DNA of 64,000 nucleotides, taken from assembly GCA_965227295.1 (NCBI GenBank), contig OZ245742.1, positions 64,001 to 128,000 of the forward strand. The letters are read 5' to 3'. The notes below the pieces were generated by a model. That model had not been told where the DNA came from, ran no database searches, and saw only the letters and a program-made list of their open reading frames with translations. Positions 39,668 to 50,074 of the stretch are shown here, piece after piece. The DNA is from Leptonemataceae bacterium. Its GTDB lineage: Bacteria; Spirochaetota; Leptospiria; Leptospirales; Leptonemataceae. The position numbers were made by a program, and so were the translations under genes. Within the stretch, counting starts at the first letter, position 1, and every line of letters starts with the position of its first letter.

Positions 39668-41542
39668 ATGGTATACATTCAAAGCACCGGAACCTTTCTC
39701 CCCGGCGAACCCGTGGACAACGCGACTATGGAAGCGCGCCTCGGTACCATCGGCGGCAAGGCCTCGCGTCTCAAAGAACGCATCCTCAAACAAAACGGCA
39801 TCCGCACCCGTCACTACGCCATTGCCGGCGACAATCAAACTTCGCAGTACCGCAATTCCGAGATGGCGGCCCATGCCATTCGCAACGCCCTGTCCCAATC
39901 CACCGTGGGCCTGGAAGACATCCAGTACCTCTCCGTGGCCACGTCTCAGGGCGACCTGCCCCTGCCCGGCTTCGCGTCGATGGTCCACGGCGAGTTGGGT
40001 AATCCCTCGTGCGAGATTTCCACATCCCACGGTATTTGCGCGAGCGGCATGGCCGCACTGAAGAACGCCTTCGTGCAAATCAAGGCCGGAGAGAAAAGCA
40101 ACGCCGTCGTATGCGCCAGCGAATTTGCGAGCCGTCTGTTGAAAGGATCGCGCTACGAACACCAGGCAGCGTATCGCCAAAGCGGCAAGATTCCTTTCGA
40201 TACCGAGTTTCTGCGCTGGATGTTATCCGACGGTGCCGGCGCCTTCGTACTCACCGACCGGCCGGCGGAGCGCGGGCTTTCGATTAAGATTGATTGGCTG
40301 GAACTTAAAAGTTACGCCGACCGCCACGAAGTCTGCATGTTCATCGGCGGCAACAAGAACGGCACCGGCCGGGTGGAGAAATCCTGGCTCGATTACGCGA
40401 GCTACCAGGAATCCGTGGACGACGGTTCCATGAATCTCAAGCAGGATGTGCGCATTCTCGACAACGTGGTCCGCGTGGGCGTGGACTTCTTCTTTGAGCT
40501 GATCGAAGCCGGGCGTATGCAGCCGTCGGAGCTGGACTGGATTGCCTGCCACTATTCCTCGCACGTCTTTCGCGGTAAGATCTTCGAACTGCTGGCAAAA
40601 GGCGGCGTGCACATTCCCGAAGAACGCTGGTTCTCGAATCTATACACGAAAGGCAACACCGGTTCCGCTTCGATCTTCATCATGCTCGACGAACTCTTTC
40701 GCTCCGGCAGGCTGCGGCCGGGACAGAAGATCCTGGCCATGGTTCCCGAGAGCGGGCGCTTCATCGCCTCGTACATGTTGCTCACCGTCGTCGACGGCAA
40801 TCAGGCGGCGCGCGCAACCACCAGTGGCGTAACGATCCCGGAACCGGCGGCGCCGCGGTTGAACGTGAAGAACGGCGACGCGATCGTCGAATCCCTGGTG
40901 CGCCGACTCACGCGGGTGTGGATCGACTTCGAAAGCCGTCTGAATCAAACGCCCATCGTCGCGAAGCTAAATACCGGTAACTTTACGTTAGAAGATTACC
41001 GACGCCTGCTCTTCAACATGCGCCAACAGGTGATGGAGGGCGCACGCTGGATCGCCCGGGCGGCGTCCGGCATTACCATCGAGGCGTTTCCATTACGATC
41101 GCTGTTCATCGCCCACGCCGGCGACGAGCACCGGGACTATCAAATGCTGGAACGCAACTACGTCGCCGCCGGCGGCCGCCGGGAAGACATCGTCGCCGGT
41201 GAAAAGAACATCGGCTCCGAGGCGCTCTCCGCCTGGATGTTTCATCGCGCGAGCCGCGAGAACCCGTTTGATTTGCTCGGGGCGATGTTCATCATCGAGG
41301 GTCTGGGCACGCGCATGGCCCATCGCTGGGGAACGATGATCCGCGATCAGCTCGGCCTGGACGATGAGGCGGTCTCGTTTTTATTGTACCACGGCGCGAA
41401 CGACGAAAATCACTTCGAACGATTGGAAGAAGCCCTGGACTCCGGGCTGCTGTCCGAAGCACTGGCCGACCAGATCGTAAAGACGGCTAAAGTTACGGCA
41501 AGATTATATTTGCTGCAACTGGAAGAGCTGGATAATGTTTAA
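39668..41542 (+). CDS. StlD/DarB-like beta-ketoacyl synthase III fused to a heme-oxygenase-like (iron-containing redox) domain
   Basis: KAS III triad GICASG (Cys), CHYSS (His), KGNTGSAS (Asn), FLRWMLSDGAGA; C-terminal QVMEG, HAGDEH, FIIEG, YHGANDENH. Confidence 0.85.
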   Translation: MVYIQSTGTFLPGEPVDNATMEARLGTIGGKASRLKERILKQNGIRTRHYAIAGDNQTSQYRNSEMAAHAIRNALSQSTVGLEDIQYLSVATSQGDLPLPGFASMVHGELGNPSCEISTSHGICASGMAALKNAFVQIKAGEKSNAVVCASEFASRLLKGSRYEHQAAYRQSGKIPFDTEFLRWMLSDGAGAFVLTDRPAERGLSIKIDWLELKSYADRHEVCMFIGGNKNGTGRVEKSWLDYASYQESVDDGSMNLKQDVRILDNVVRVGVDFFFELIEAGRMQPSELDWIACHYSSHVFRGKIFELLAKGGVHIPEERWFSNLYTKGNTGSASIFIMLDELFRSGRLRPGQKILAMVPESGRFIASYMLLTVVDGNQAARATTSGVTIPEPAAPRLNVKNGDAIVESLVRRLTRVWIDFESRLNQTPIVAKLNTGNFTLEDYRRLLFNMRQQVMEGARWIARAASGITIEAFPLRSLFIAHAGDEHRDYQMLERNYVAAGGRREDIVAGEKNIGSEALSAWMFHRASRENPFDLLGAMFIIEGLGTRMAHRWGTMIRDQLGLDDEAVSFLLYHGANDENHFERLEEALDSGLLSEALADQIVKTAKVTARLYLLQLEELDNV

Positions 41543-42972
41543 GTATCTTCCGTTGTGCTCCGGACGAACCGATCCAGCTCCGCTTTCACCACGGGCGCCA
41601 GGAAGTACATTCCCAGTATGTTCGGAACACAGATGAAGAACACCAGCGCGTCGGAGAAATCCAGGACGGCGTCGAGTTGAATGGAGCTCCCGAGAGCCAC
41701 AAACAGGCAGTAGACGATCTTAAAACATCGTTCAGACCAAACGTGCCGCCCGGTAAGATAGGTCCAGCCCTTGAGACCGTAGTAAGCCCAGGAAATCATC
41801 GTCGAGAACGCAAACAACATCGCGGCGAAAGCCAGGGGATACGGCGCCCAGGCGATGTTGCGTTCGAAGGCCCGCGAGGTCATCTCTACGCCGCCAGGAA
41901 TCGCGGTGAACGCCGGTTCGTAGTAGAGCGTCGTGACAATCACCAGGGCCGTCATTGTACAGACCACCACCGTGTCGATGAACGGCTCCAGCAAGGCCAC
42001 GATGCCCTCGCTCGCCGGAAGTTTCGTGCGTACCGCCGAGTGCGCGATCGAAGCGGAGCCGATGCCGGCCTCGTTCGAAAACACCGCGCGCTGAAAACCG
42101 ACGATCATGGCGCCGAGCATGCCGCCGGCCGCGCCCGCACTCGTAAACGCCTGCGCGAAGATCGCATGCACCGCAAAGGGCAACGCCTCGTAGTTCATGG
42201 CGACGATCACCGCCGCAAAGCCGAGATACAACACGGCCATCACCGGCATGATCTTCTCGGTGACCCGCACGATGGAACGCAGGCCGCCGACGATCACAAA
42301 ACCGACGATCAATGCGAGGATCGAGCCGAACAGCCAGCCGCGGCCCTGCCACCAAGGAGTGCCGGTGACATTTAAGAACTGCGCGTAAGCCTGGTTCGAC
42401 TGAAACATGTTGCCGATGCCCACGCAACCGATGAAGATGCCGATCGCATATAACGTGCCGGTGAACTTTCCGAGGCGCACCAGGCCGCGTTCCGCGAGAC
42501 CACGTTCGAGATAGTACATGGGTCCGCCGCTCACGGTGCCGTCCTCGTGTTCGCGCCGATACTTCACGCCGAGTGTACACTCAACGAACTTCGTGGACAT
42601 GCCCAGGAGTCCGGCGACGATCATCCAGAATGTGGCGCCGGGCCCGCCGACGGAAATCGCCACCGCCACACCGCCGATGTTGCCGATCCCCACGGTTCCG
42701 GACAGCGCCGTAGCTAAAGCCTGGAAATGCGACACCTCGCCCGGATGATCGGCGGACTTCGAGGAATCCCCGCCCACGATTCGCAACGCACGCGTGAAGT
42801 AACGTATGTTTATGAAGCGAAAGTACAGCGTAAAATAAACGCCGCCCGCCACGAGCCACACGACGACGAGCGGTATCTCCGCGCCGCCGATCGTCACGCT
42901 AAAAAACACGATCGAAGACAGCACTGCCGTGATCGGCTGCACCGCCTGGTTGATGAGCGCGTCGAGGGTCAT
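41539..42972 (-). CDS. Alanine/glycine:cation symporter (AGCS family), second copy
   Basis: ALSGTVGIGNI, GGPGATFWM, GGPMYY, FSNEAGIGS. Confidence 0.92.
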   Translation of the reverse strand: MTLDALINQAVQPITAVLSSIVFFSVTIGGAEIPLVVVWLVAGGVYFTLYFRFINIRYFTRALRIVGGDSSKSADHPGEVSHFQALATALSGTVGIGNIGGVAVAISVGGPGATFWMIVAGLLGMSTKFVECTLGVKYRREHEDGTVSGGPMYYLERGLAERGLVRLGKFTGTLYAIGIFIGCVGIGNMFQSNQAYAQFLNVTGTPWWQGRGWLFGSILALIVGFVIVGGLRSIVRVTEKIMPVMAVLYLGFAAVIVAMNYEALPFAVHAIFAQAFTSAGAAGGMLGAMIVGFQRAVFSNEAGIGSASIAHSAVRTKLPASEGIVALLEPFIDTVVVCTMTALVIVTTLYYEPAFTAIPGGVEMTSRAFERNIAWAPYPLAFAAMLFAFSTMISWAYYGLKGWTYLTGRHVWSERCFKIVYCLFVALGSSIQLDAVLDFSDALVFFICVPNILGMYFLAPVVKAELDRFVRSTTEDT

Positions 42973-43111
42973 GCGAAAGGGAGCGGCATCGCGCTGGAGC
43001 TGTCAAATTGAAGAATCGCCAGAACCACAAACATAAAAATACTCAACTTTAATGATTGTTTATTATTAGTGTTGACCGCTCAGGCCTTTCCGCTGCTCTG
43101 GCTATTCTCCC

Positions 43112-43594
43112 ATGTTTTTCAGCAAGACCTTACTCCGCGCGCTTCCCACAGTATTCTTATGCGGCACGCTGTCCTGCGGCGGCGGGGGTGGCGGTGGCGG
43201 TGAAGCCTTCGCCCTGCTCGGCGCGGCGCTGGCCTTTGCCGGACCGGCTCCGGCCACGAACACGACAACGCCGGAAGAAAGCGAAGACGACGCGCCGATC
43301 CAGACGGTCGATTGTCCGCTGCCCTGTTCCATCACATTCAACTGGTCTTCGAACGCGGAAGCAGCGGTACATACCGGCGGCGGCGGCTATCAGGTCTGCT
43401 ACAGTACGACGGCCGGCTTTGCCCTCGCCACCGGAATCTGCACCAGCGTTCCTTACGTCTCCGGGGCGACGGCTCCCACAAACACGACCATCGAATTCAC
43501 GGCCAACGGAACGTACTATGTCCGGGTCGCGGCCTTTTCCGCCCTGAACGCGGCGGGCACGGCTTCGCCCCAGATTCAGGTCAACGTAGACTAA
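43112..43594 (+). CDS. Lipoprotein with an FN3-like domain
   Basis: TLSC lipobox, poly-Gly, ITFNW...GYQVCYST...GTYYVRVAAF. Confidence 0.7.
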   Translation: MFFSKTLLRALPTVFLCGTLSCGGGGGGGGEAFALLGAALAFAGPAPATNTTTPEESEDDAPIQTVDCPLPCSITFNWSSNAEAAVHTGGGGYQVCYSTTAGFALATGICTSVPYVSGATAPTNTTIEFTANGTYYVRVAAFSALNAAGTASPQIQVNVD

Positions 43595-43616
43595 GCGACG
43601 GAGGCAGGTGCTTAAC

Positions 43617-45533
43617 ATGCGAAAACATATACTTTACCAGAGCACTGCGGTCGTCCTCACCGTGCTCCTCGCAACGCCGGTATTCGCGCAGCAAGGCACG
43701 CGTGTGCTGGAGCAGCGTTTCCAGAGCGGGACCACGTTGCCATTGCCGCCGGAATCACCGCGGCATGTACCGGGCGAAATCCTGGTAAAGATCAAGCCGG
43801 GTGTGTCCCGGTCCACGGGCCTCGCCCGGGTGGCCCTCATCGGCGGGACCCCGGTCCTGGAAGAACGCGGGAGTCTCCACTACGTCAAAGTGCGGCTGCC
43901 GGCGTCGCAAGACGTGCTCATGTCCGCAAGTTTTCTCGCGACCGATCCGCTCATCGAGTACGCAGAACCGAACTACATCTGGCGCGCCTCGAACACGCCG
44001 AACGATACGGACTACGCGCAGCAGTGGGCTCATAACAATACATCACAAACAATTAGCGATCCCATGGATACGAACGGCCTGGAGTCCTTCCACAACCCGC
44101 CGTCGGTCGGCGCTGCCGTAGATCTCGACTCGGAAACCGCCTGGGACCTCCAGACCGATTGCACTTCGAAGATAATCGCCGTCATCGACTCGGGCATTAA
44201 CTACAATCATGCCGACCTCGACGGAAACATGTGGAGCCCGACCGGTTCGTGCTACAATGAAAACGGTTCGGTCATCGGCGGCGGTTGCCCGAATCACGGC
44301 TGGGACTTCGCCGATGACGACAACAACCCCACGGACCCGGAAGGCCACGGCACCCACGTCGCGGGTATCATCGGAGCCGAGGGCAATAACGGCAGCGGCA
44401 TAGCCGGCATGTGCTGGAACGCGAAGCTCATGGCCGTGCGCGGTCTGGGAACCGGCGGCGGTACCACGGCGGATATCGTGGCCGCCATCGACTTCGCGCG
44501 CCACAACGAAGCGAACATCATCAACATGAGCCTGGGCGGTTCCGTCTATTCCAGCGCCATGCGCCAGGCCATCGAGCGCGCCCGGGACGCCGGCATTCTC
44601 GTCGTCGTCGCGGCGGGCAACGACGGACTCAACCTGGACCTCGGCGGCAACGAAGTCTATCCGTGCGAGTACCCGACGGAAAACATCGTCTGCGTGGCCT
44701 CATCGACGCAGGGCGAAAGTCGATCCACTTTCTCGAACTACAGCGAGCAGTCCGTGGACATCGCGGCGCCCGGACAGAACATATTAAGCACGTGGGCCGG
44801 TGCGCAGAGTACGATCCAGGACGACTTCTCCGGCTGGACGACCACGGGCTCCTGGGGCGTGGACCAGGGCTTCAGCTTTAATAACTGCGGAATCCTCACG
44901 AAGGTCCTGGCCAATCCCTCGACCATTTGCGATACGCTCTACTATTCCGCGAACGTCAGCGAGACCGCGCACCGGGCCTACACGATCAGCGGCGCAGACG
45001 TAATCGTCTTTTCGACAGTGATCGACTATTACCTCGCCCTCGGCGACACCTTCGAGATCCTCTACGACGACGATGCGGATCCGTTCAGCGGCGGCACCAC
45101 GCTCTTCTCCGAGACCGCCACCGACGGCGGCGCCTACGCGCAGTACACCTACAATCTCACGGAGTGCGCGGGAGATGCAACGTGCTCCGTGGGCACACGC
45201 CTTACCACGAATCCCGGCACCGTGGACCTGGGCGTCCTGCTCCTCGGCGAGGACTACACGTACTTCGCGAGCATCGATTACGATCAGAGCCGCTACGATG
45301 TCATCAGCGGCACTTCCATGGCGACCCCGTACGTCGCCGGCATCGCGGCGTTGATCTGGTCTTACAATCCCGGCTACAGTTACGCCGACGTCCGTGACGC
45401 GATCTACAGCGGCGGAAGCACGTCGTCCGCGTTCCCCACAAGCTACGTCACGTCCCAGGGCAAGATCGCGAATGCGCGGGGTAGTTTGATTCACCTGCAG
45501 GCGCCCACGGGCTTCTCCGCCAGCGTGGATTAG
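43617..45533 (+). CDS. S8 subtilisin-family serine peptidase with prodomain and inserted beta domain
   Basis: IAVIDSG (Asp), GHGTHVAG (His), AAGNDG, SGTSMATP (Ser); ~170-aa insertion before the Ser. Confidence 0.93.
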   Translation: MRKHILYQSTAVVLTVLLATPVFAQQGTRVLEQRFQSGTTLPLPPESPRHVPGEILVKIKPGVSRSTGLARVALIGGTPVLEERGSLHYVKVRLPASQDVLMSASFLATDPLIEYAEPNYIWRASNTPNDTDYAQQWAHNNTSQTISDPMDTNGLESFHNPPSVGAAVDLDSETAWDLQTDCTSKIIAVIDSGINYNHADLDGNMWSPTGSCYNENGSVIGGGCPNHGWDFADDDNNPTDPEGHGTHVAGIIGAEGNNGSGIAGMCWNAKLMAVRGLGTGGGTTADIVAAIDFARHNEANIINMSLGGSVYSSAMRQAIERARDAGILVVVAAGNDGLNLDLGGNEVYPCEYPTENIVCVASSTQGESRSTFSNYSEQSVDIAAPGQNILSTWAGAQSTIQDDFSGWTTTGSWGVDQGFSFNNCGILTKVLANPSTICDTLYYSANVSETAHRAYTISGADVIVFSTVIDYYLALGDTFEILYDDDADPFSGGTTLFSETATDGGAYAQYTYNLTECAGDATCSVGTRLTTNPGTVDLGVLLLGEDYTYFASIDYDQSRYDVISGTSMATPYVAGIAALIWSYNPGYSYADVRDAIYSGGSTSSAFPTSYVTSQGKIANARGSLIHLQAPTGFSASVD

Positions 45534-45732
45534 CCTGCCTGGGATTCTTCGCCGGCGGCGAGGGCTGGCATGCCAATCATCACATGTTCCCGCGCAGCGC
45601 GCGTTTCGATTTGCTGCCCGGTCAGTGGGATTGGGTCGGCGCATTGATTGACATGATGGGACGATTCGGTATTCTCAGCGAGGTTCGCCTTCCCGCGGCG
45701 GACGAGATTGCCGGCAGGCTAAGGTCAGCGCC

Positions 45733-46662
45733 ATGAATGTTAGAACGAACTCCAGCACGAACCGCCAGCCCGACTACGCCGCCTACTTCGAGCACATGCC
45801 CTTCGATCCGGAGGACCCGAACCCCTGGCACGCCTTCTTCCTCGACCGCAGCTTTCCCATCGACGAATCCGCGAAAGCCGCGGTGCTCGTATCCATGCAG
45901 TCCCGCTCGCGCCAGTACTTCTTACCGGTGGTCCGCCCGTTGGCCCGCATCGGCATCAGTCTCATTCAAATCTTCAAAATCTTCGTGCCGAAACTCTTTA
46001 CCTCGTCACGTTTCCTGCATTGGCTCATCTACGTCGGCCTCAAGGCCTTCGTGCGCCCGGACGCGAACTACGTCATCATGCGGCACTTTCACCTGGGCTC
46101 GGAGATCCTGGACTTCATTGCAACAAACGCGAAGGACGTGGACATCCCCCTGCGCCCGCTGCGCCCGCAAACCCTGGCCGACCTCAAGGACGACCTGTTC
46201 TTAAAGCACGATCTCAATCTCTTTAACTTCGTCATCCGCCTGAACGCGGACCTCCGTAAACACGACACCGAACTCCAGCCCGCCGGCCCGCTCGACTTTT
46301 CCATGATCACCGACGACGGCGACTTCGGCATCGAGGCCTTTCCGAATACCTGGCACAACTTCATCGACGTGCAGACCGCCATCGAACTCTACACGCCGCT
46401 GTACCAGCTGTTCCTCTCGGACAACGACTTCTGGCGCGCATCCAACTCACTGCAACTGGACGAAACCGTGGCCCTCTACGCGGCGCGCATGGTGCCCGGT
46501 GCCGCCCCGTACCTCGGCCTCCTGAACAACAAACACCCCATGATCCCGCTGTCCACTCTCGGGGCCGGCTTTCGCCTCATGCTGCACGGCCTGGCCACCG
46601 AAACGCTGCACGCCATTCTCGTGCGTTTGAAACAAAAACAGGCGGCGGGCATCCCGCTCTAA
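45733..46662 (+). CDS. DUF6999-like hypothetical protein
   Basis: DPEDPNPW..FLD.S.P, SRSRQYFLP..RP.AR, RHFHLGSE, SNSLQLDET recalled as family motifs. Confidence 0.65.
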   Translation: MNVRTNSSTNRQPDYAAYFEHMPFDPEDPNPWHAFFLDRSFPIDESAKAAVLVSMQSRSRQYFLPVVRPLARIGISLIQIFKIFVPKLFTSSRFLHWLIYVGLKAFVRPDANYVIMRHFHLGSEILDFIATNAKDVDIPLRPLRPQTLADLKDDLFLKHDLNLFNFVIRLNADLRKHDTELQPAGPLDFSMITDDGDFGIEAFPNTWHNFIDVQTAIELYTPLYQLFLSDNDFWRASNSLQLDETVALYAARMVPGAAPYLGLLNNKHPMIPLSTLGAGFRLMLHGLATETLHAILVRLKQKQAAGIPL

Positions 46663-46673
46663 TCGTATCCCAC

Positions 46674-48635
46674 ATGAAGTTAGCAAAATACCGCGACCCC
46701 GCGCTGCACGGCCTGGCCGCCCTGGTGTTGATTGCAAGCCTGTTCTATCTGCCCCGCCTGCGCATCGATAGCGACGTTCTGGACTGGCTCCCGGACGATC
46801 ACGAAGCCGTGCAGGCTTACGTCGAAGACGGCGAGCGCAACGGCTTCGCCTTCGACATGGTGTTGGTGTTGCCGTTGAACGCCGGTTCTCCGCAGACCGT
46901 CGTCGACTTCACGGAGACGTATCTCACGGAACAAACGGCATACACCGACGACGTAAGCTACGTCCTTGCACCGAACGACGAACATCACGACGCCGTCTTT
47001 CGCTTCGTGATTCGCACGCCGGCCGGTCCCGACGCCCGCGAGCATGTCCAGCGCGCGCAGACGGAGGCCCTGGCCGGCCTCGACAAACTCGAGACACAGC
47101 TGGAGAAGCTCCACGGCGCGGCGCTGCGCTCTTCGCCGAAGCTCGCCGGTTCCCCCGTCACGAACCGCGCGTTGAACGAGGTCGTCCTCGTCCGCGGCGC
47201 ACCCGTCATCGGTCTCAGTTACGTGGTGCTCTTCGGCCTGCTTATTCTCTTTTTGTATGATCGACCGGCCATGCTTTTCGTAAGTTTCGCCGCGATGATA
47301 TTAGCGTCCCTCAGCACGTTCGCATTCATGGGCGCCTGGGACATCCCGCTGAACCTCATGACCGTGGCGGTCCCGTCCCTGGTGCTCATTCTCTCGATCG
47401 CCGACGTGCTGCACATCAGCCGGCATTTGCGCGCACACCCCGGCGAATTGAGCGGAGTCCTCGCGCCGTGTTTCTGGACCACCGTCACCACCGGTGCGGG
47501 CTTTGCCTCGCTCATGTTTACGCGGCTGCCGATCCTCTCCGGCTTTGCCGCGGCCTCCGCCGTGGGCATCTGCGCGGCGTTTTTCTGGAGCTTCTATCTG
47601 TTTCATGCCACACGTTCCCGGCACAACCAACCGGACAGCGCCCGCCCGGAACGTTTCGCCTTCGGAGCATATCTGCTACCGCTCCTCCCGCGCGCGCGTC
47701 CCGCCGCCGTCGCGCTGATCATACTCGCGGGTCTCGGACTCCTGCTCGTGCCGAACCTCAGGGCGGACACGAACCCCATCGACTATTTGCCCCGCGACGA
47801 TCGCACCTACCAGGATCTCACCTGGATTCACGAACATCATGCGAGCCCCTATCGCCTGGACTTTCAGTTCGAGTACGATGCAAAAAACAACGGGCGCGAG
47901 TACCGGCCGGGGTACGCGGAAGCCGTGCAGAATGTCCGCGCAACCTTAAAGAACCACCGCTACGAAGACGTGTTCTTCACACCGCTGGTCCAGGCGGAGC
48001 CGCCCGCCCTCCGGCTTTCACTGGGTGTGCCGCCGGAGACCTCCAGCCGGGAGATTCGCGAGCAAGTGCGAAAGATCACAAGCTTCGAGTACGCGGGATT
48101 TCCGCGAACGGAGGCCACGGGTTTCCTGCGCCTGTTCTCGTTGATTGTAGACAATCTTCTGCGTACCCAGGTCCGGAGCGGCCTCGCGGCCCTGGGGCTC
48201 ATCTTTCTCATATTGACGGCGCTCTTCCGGCGCCCGCGGTACGTCCTCGCCGGCATTCTATTCAACACGGCTCCCATTTCGCTAACTCTCGCTTACATGG
48301 CCTTAGCGAACATCCCTCTGGACATCTCCACGGTTTGCGTGGCCGGCATCGCCGCGGGCATCGTTGTGGATGATACGATCCATCTGCTCTGGGCCCTGCG
48401 TCGTCGGCAAAGTTCGGAACAAGGCAACGACACGCAGGAAAGTCTGAGTGTCACGCTGACGGCCGTCACCCAGACAACACTGATCGTATGCTGCGGCTTC
48501 GCGGTGCTCGCCCTGAGCGACGTGCGGACCATCCATCTCTTCGGCGGCCTGCTCGCGCTGACGGTGGGTTTTGCCTGGCTCTTCGATGTCCTGGCTATTT
48601 CGCTTTTTTTAGATCGCCCGAATTCCGAAAGTTAA
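46674..48635 (+). CDS. MMPL/RND-family lipid transporter
   Basis: Two TM repeats, LSIADVLH and GIVVDDTIH motifs. Confidence 0.85.
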   Translation: MKLAKYRDPALHGLAALVLIASLFYLPRLRIDSDVLDWLPDDHEAVQAYVEDGERNGFAFDMVLVLPLNAGSPQTVVDFTETYLTEQTAYTDDVSYVLAPNDEHHDAVFRFVIRTPAGPDAREHVQRAQTEALAGLDKLETQLEKLHGAALRSSPKLAGSPVTNRALNEVVLVRGAPVIGLSYVVLFGLLILFLYDRPAMLFVSFAAMILASLSTFAFMGAWDIPLNLMTVAVPSLVLILSIADVLHISRHLRAHPGELSGVLAPCFWTTVTTGAGFASLMFTRLPILSGFAAASAVGICAAFFWSFYLFHATRSRHNQPDSARPERFAFGAYLLPLLPRARPAAVALIILAGLGLLLVPNLRADTNPIDYLPRDDRTYQDLTWIHEHHASPYRLDFQFEYDAKNNGREYRPGYAEAVQNVRATLKNHRYEDVFFTPLVQAEPPALRLSLGVPPETSSREIREQVRKITSFEYAGFPRTEATGFLRLFSLIVDNLLRTQVRSGLAALGLIFLILTALFRRPRYVLAGILFNTAPISLTLAYMALANIPLDISTVCVAGIAAGIVVDDTIHLLWALRRRQSSEQGNDTQESLSVTLTAVTQTTLIVCCGFAVLALSDVRTIHLFGGLLALTVGFAWLFDVLAISLFLDRPNSES

Positions 48636-48679
48636 GGTTAAGTTCTTGCCGCCGCCAGGTAAGCTGATACAACGGCTGC

Positions 48680-48862
48680 ATGGGAATGACAATCGGATAC
48701 ATCGTCGCGCTGATCGCTCTGGTATGGGTAATCTACGACGTGCTCGTAAATCAGAAGCGCATGCAGGGCCTGCACAAAATCCTCTGGATTATCGCGGCCA
48801 TCCTGTTCAGCATCATCACGGCGATCGTTTACTTCCTCGTCGTGAAAAAAGGCAAGTTCTAA
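48680..48862 (+). CDS. PLDc N-terminal-domain small membrane protein
   Basis: WVIYDVL....KILWIIAAILFSIITAIVYFLV. Confidence 0.8.
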   Translation: MGMTIGYIVALIALVWVIYDVLVNQKRMQGLHKILWIIAAILFSIITAIVYFLVVKKGKF

Positions 48863-48868
48863 GCGCGC

Positions 48869-49966
48869 TCAGTCTTTCACGAAGTGCAGGGCCATCATGT
48901 CGCCCTGCGCCGTGCGCTTCACCAGCGGATCGGCGACGGCCTTGGCCGCGCGGTAGAACAGGCTCGCGTTCTTTTTGCCCGTGAGGCCGCTGCCGTAGGT
49001 CACGGAGGCCACCGTGCGAAAGCCGCAGTCCGCGGCCAGGTTCCGGATGCCGTCCAGGCTGAAGAAGAACAGGTGCTCGGGCACGTTCATGAAGCGCCAC
49101 TGCTCGCCGCGCCAGCGCGCGAGCAAACCGTAACGACACGTGGAAAGGATCAGACGGCCGCCGGGTTTCAGGAGCTCGGCGCAACGCTCGAAGACCCGGC
49201 GCGGGCTGTGCATGTGTTCGATGCTCGCCCAGAACGTCAGCAGGTCGTAACTTTCTTTCGGCAAACGTTTAGATGTCAGAAAATCGGCGATCAGAATATT
49301 CAGGCCCAGCTCGTCGATGCCGAACTTCGCCGCCGCCCGGGAGAGTTCCACGCCCTGGGAGTTCCAACCACGATCCTGTAAAAACTCCACGAAGTATCCG
49401 GCGGCGCAGCCGGCGTCCAGGGCCCGCGGCCGATAGTCGCGATGTTCGGTTTCGGCTCCGGCCTGCTCTTCGCAGTGTTGCATGAACCAGGCGTCGCTGA
49501 GGCAGCTCTCTTCGTACTCGAAGAAGCCGAGATCGTTTAAGTTCTGCTCGTAGACCCGACGAATCTGCTGCTTGAGTTCGCCGGAGAAGTAGTTGTCGTA
49601 ACCGCGGTCGGTCCGTTTTTCGAAGTACGACGCTTCATAGTACGGCGCCACGGCCGCGGCGTCCGGCTGGGGGTTGACCTGCACGAGATCGCAGTGCACG
49701 CAACGCACCACCTGAAAGCTCTCATCCCGGGAGGAATCTTTTTCGAACAGAGTCAAAAACTGACTGCTGCCGCACTGATCGCAGGGCACGTCCCGCACGC
49801 TGCCGCCGTTTTCCTCGGAAATCACCGCTGCAACGTCTGTGGCCTCTTCGCCGGCGTCGTCATTCACCACCGGCGGACGCAGCGCATCCAGATCACGTTC
49901 CATCAGTGAGCTAAATCTTCGGTTCATAAATGCCTCGTTTACCCATCGGCCAAATACCGGTAACAT
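48869..49966 (-). CDS. Class I SAM-dependent methyltransferase with N-terminal Cys motifs (start uncertain)
   Basis: CDQC...CVHC; ALDAGCAAGYF; GVELS; IEHMHSP; LKPGG. Confidence 0.88.
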   Translation of the reverse strand: MLPVFGRWVNEAFMNRRFSSLMERDLDALRPPVVNDDAGEEATDVAAVISEENGGSVRDVPCDQCGSSQFLTLFEKDSSRDESFQVVRCVHCDLVQVNPQPDAAAVAPYYEASYFEKRTDRGYDNYFSGELKQQIRRVYEQNLNDLGFFEYEESCLSDAWFMQHCEEQAGAETEHRDYRPRALDAGCAAGYFVEFLQDRGWNSQGVELSRAAAKFGIDELGLNILIADFLTSKRLPKESYDLLTFWASIEHMHSPRRVFERCAELLKPGGRLILSTCRYGLLARWRGEQWRFMNVPEHLFFFSLDGIRNLAADCGFRTVASVTYGSGLTGKKNASLFYRAAKAVADPLVKRTAQGDMMALHFVKD

Positions 49967-50074
49967 TTAGTATTTCTGGGCCAGGCTCAGCACACGGCGT
50001 TGCGGCAGGATCCCGGCGCCGCCGTGGTACCAAAAAACGTTTTCGAAATCGGTGCACTGCGCTTTCGTGGAACC

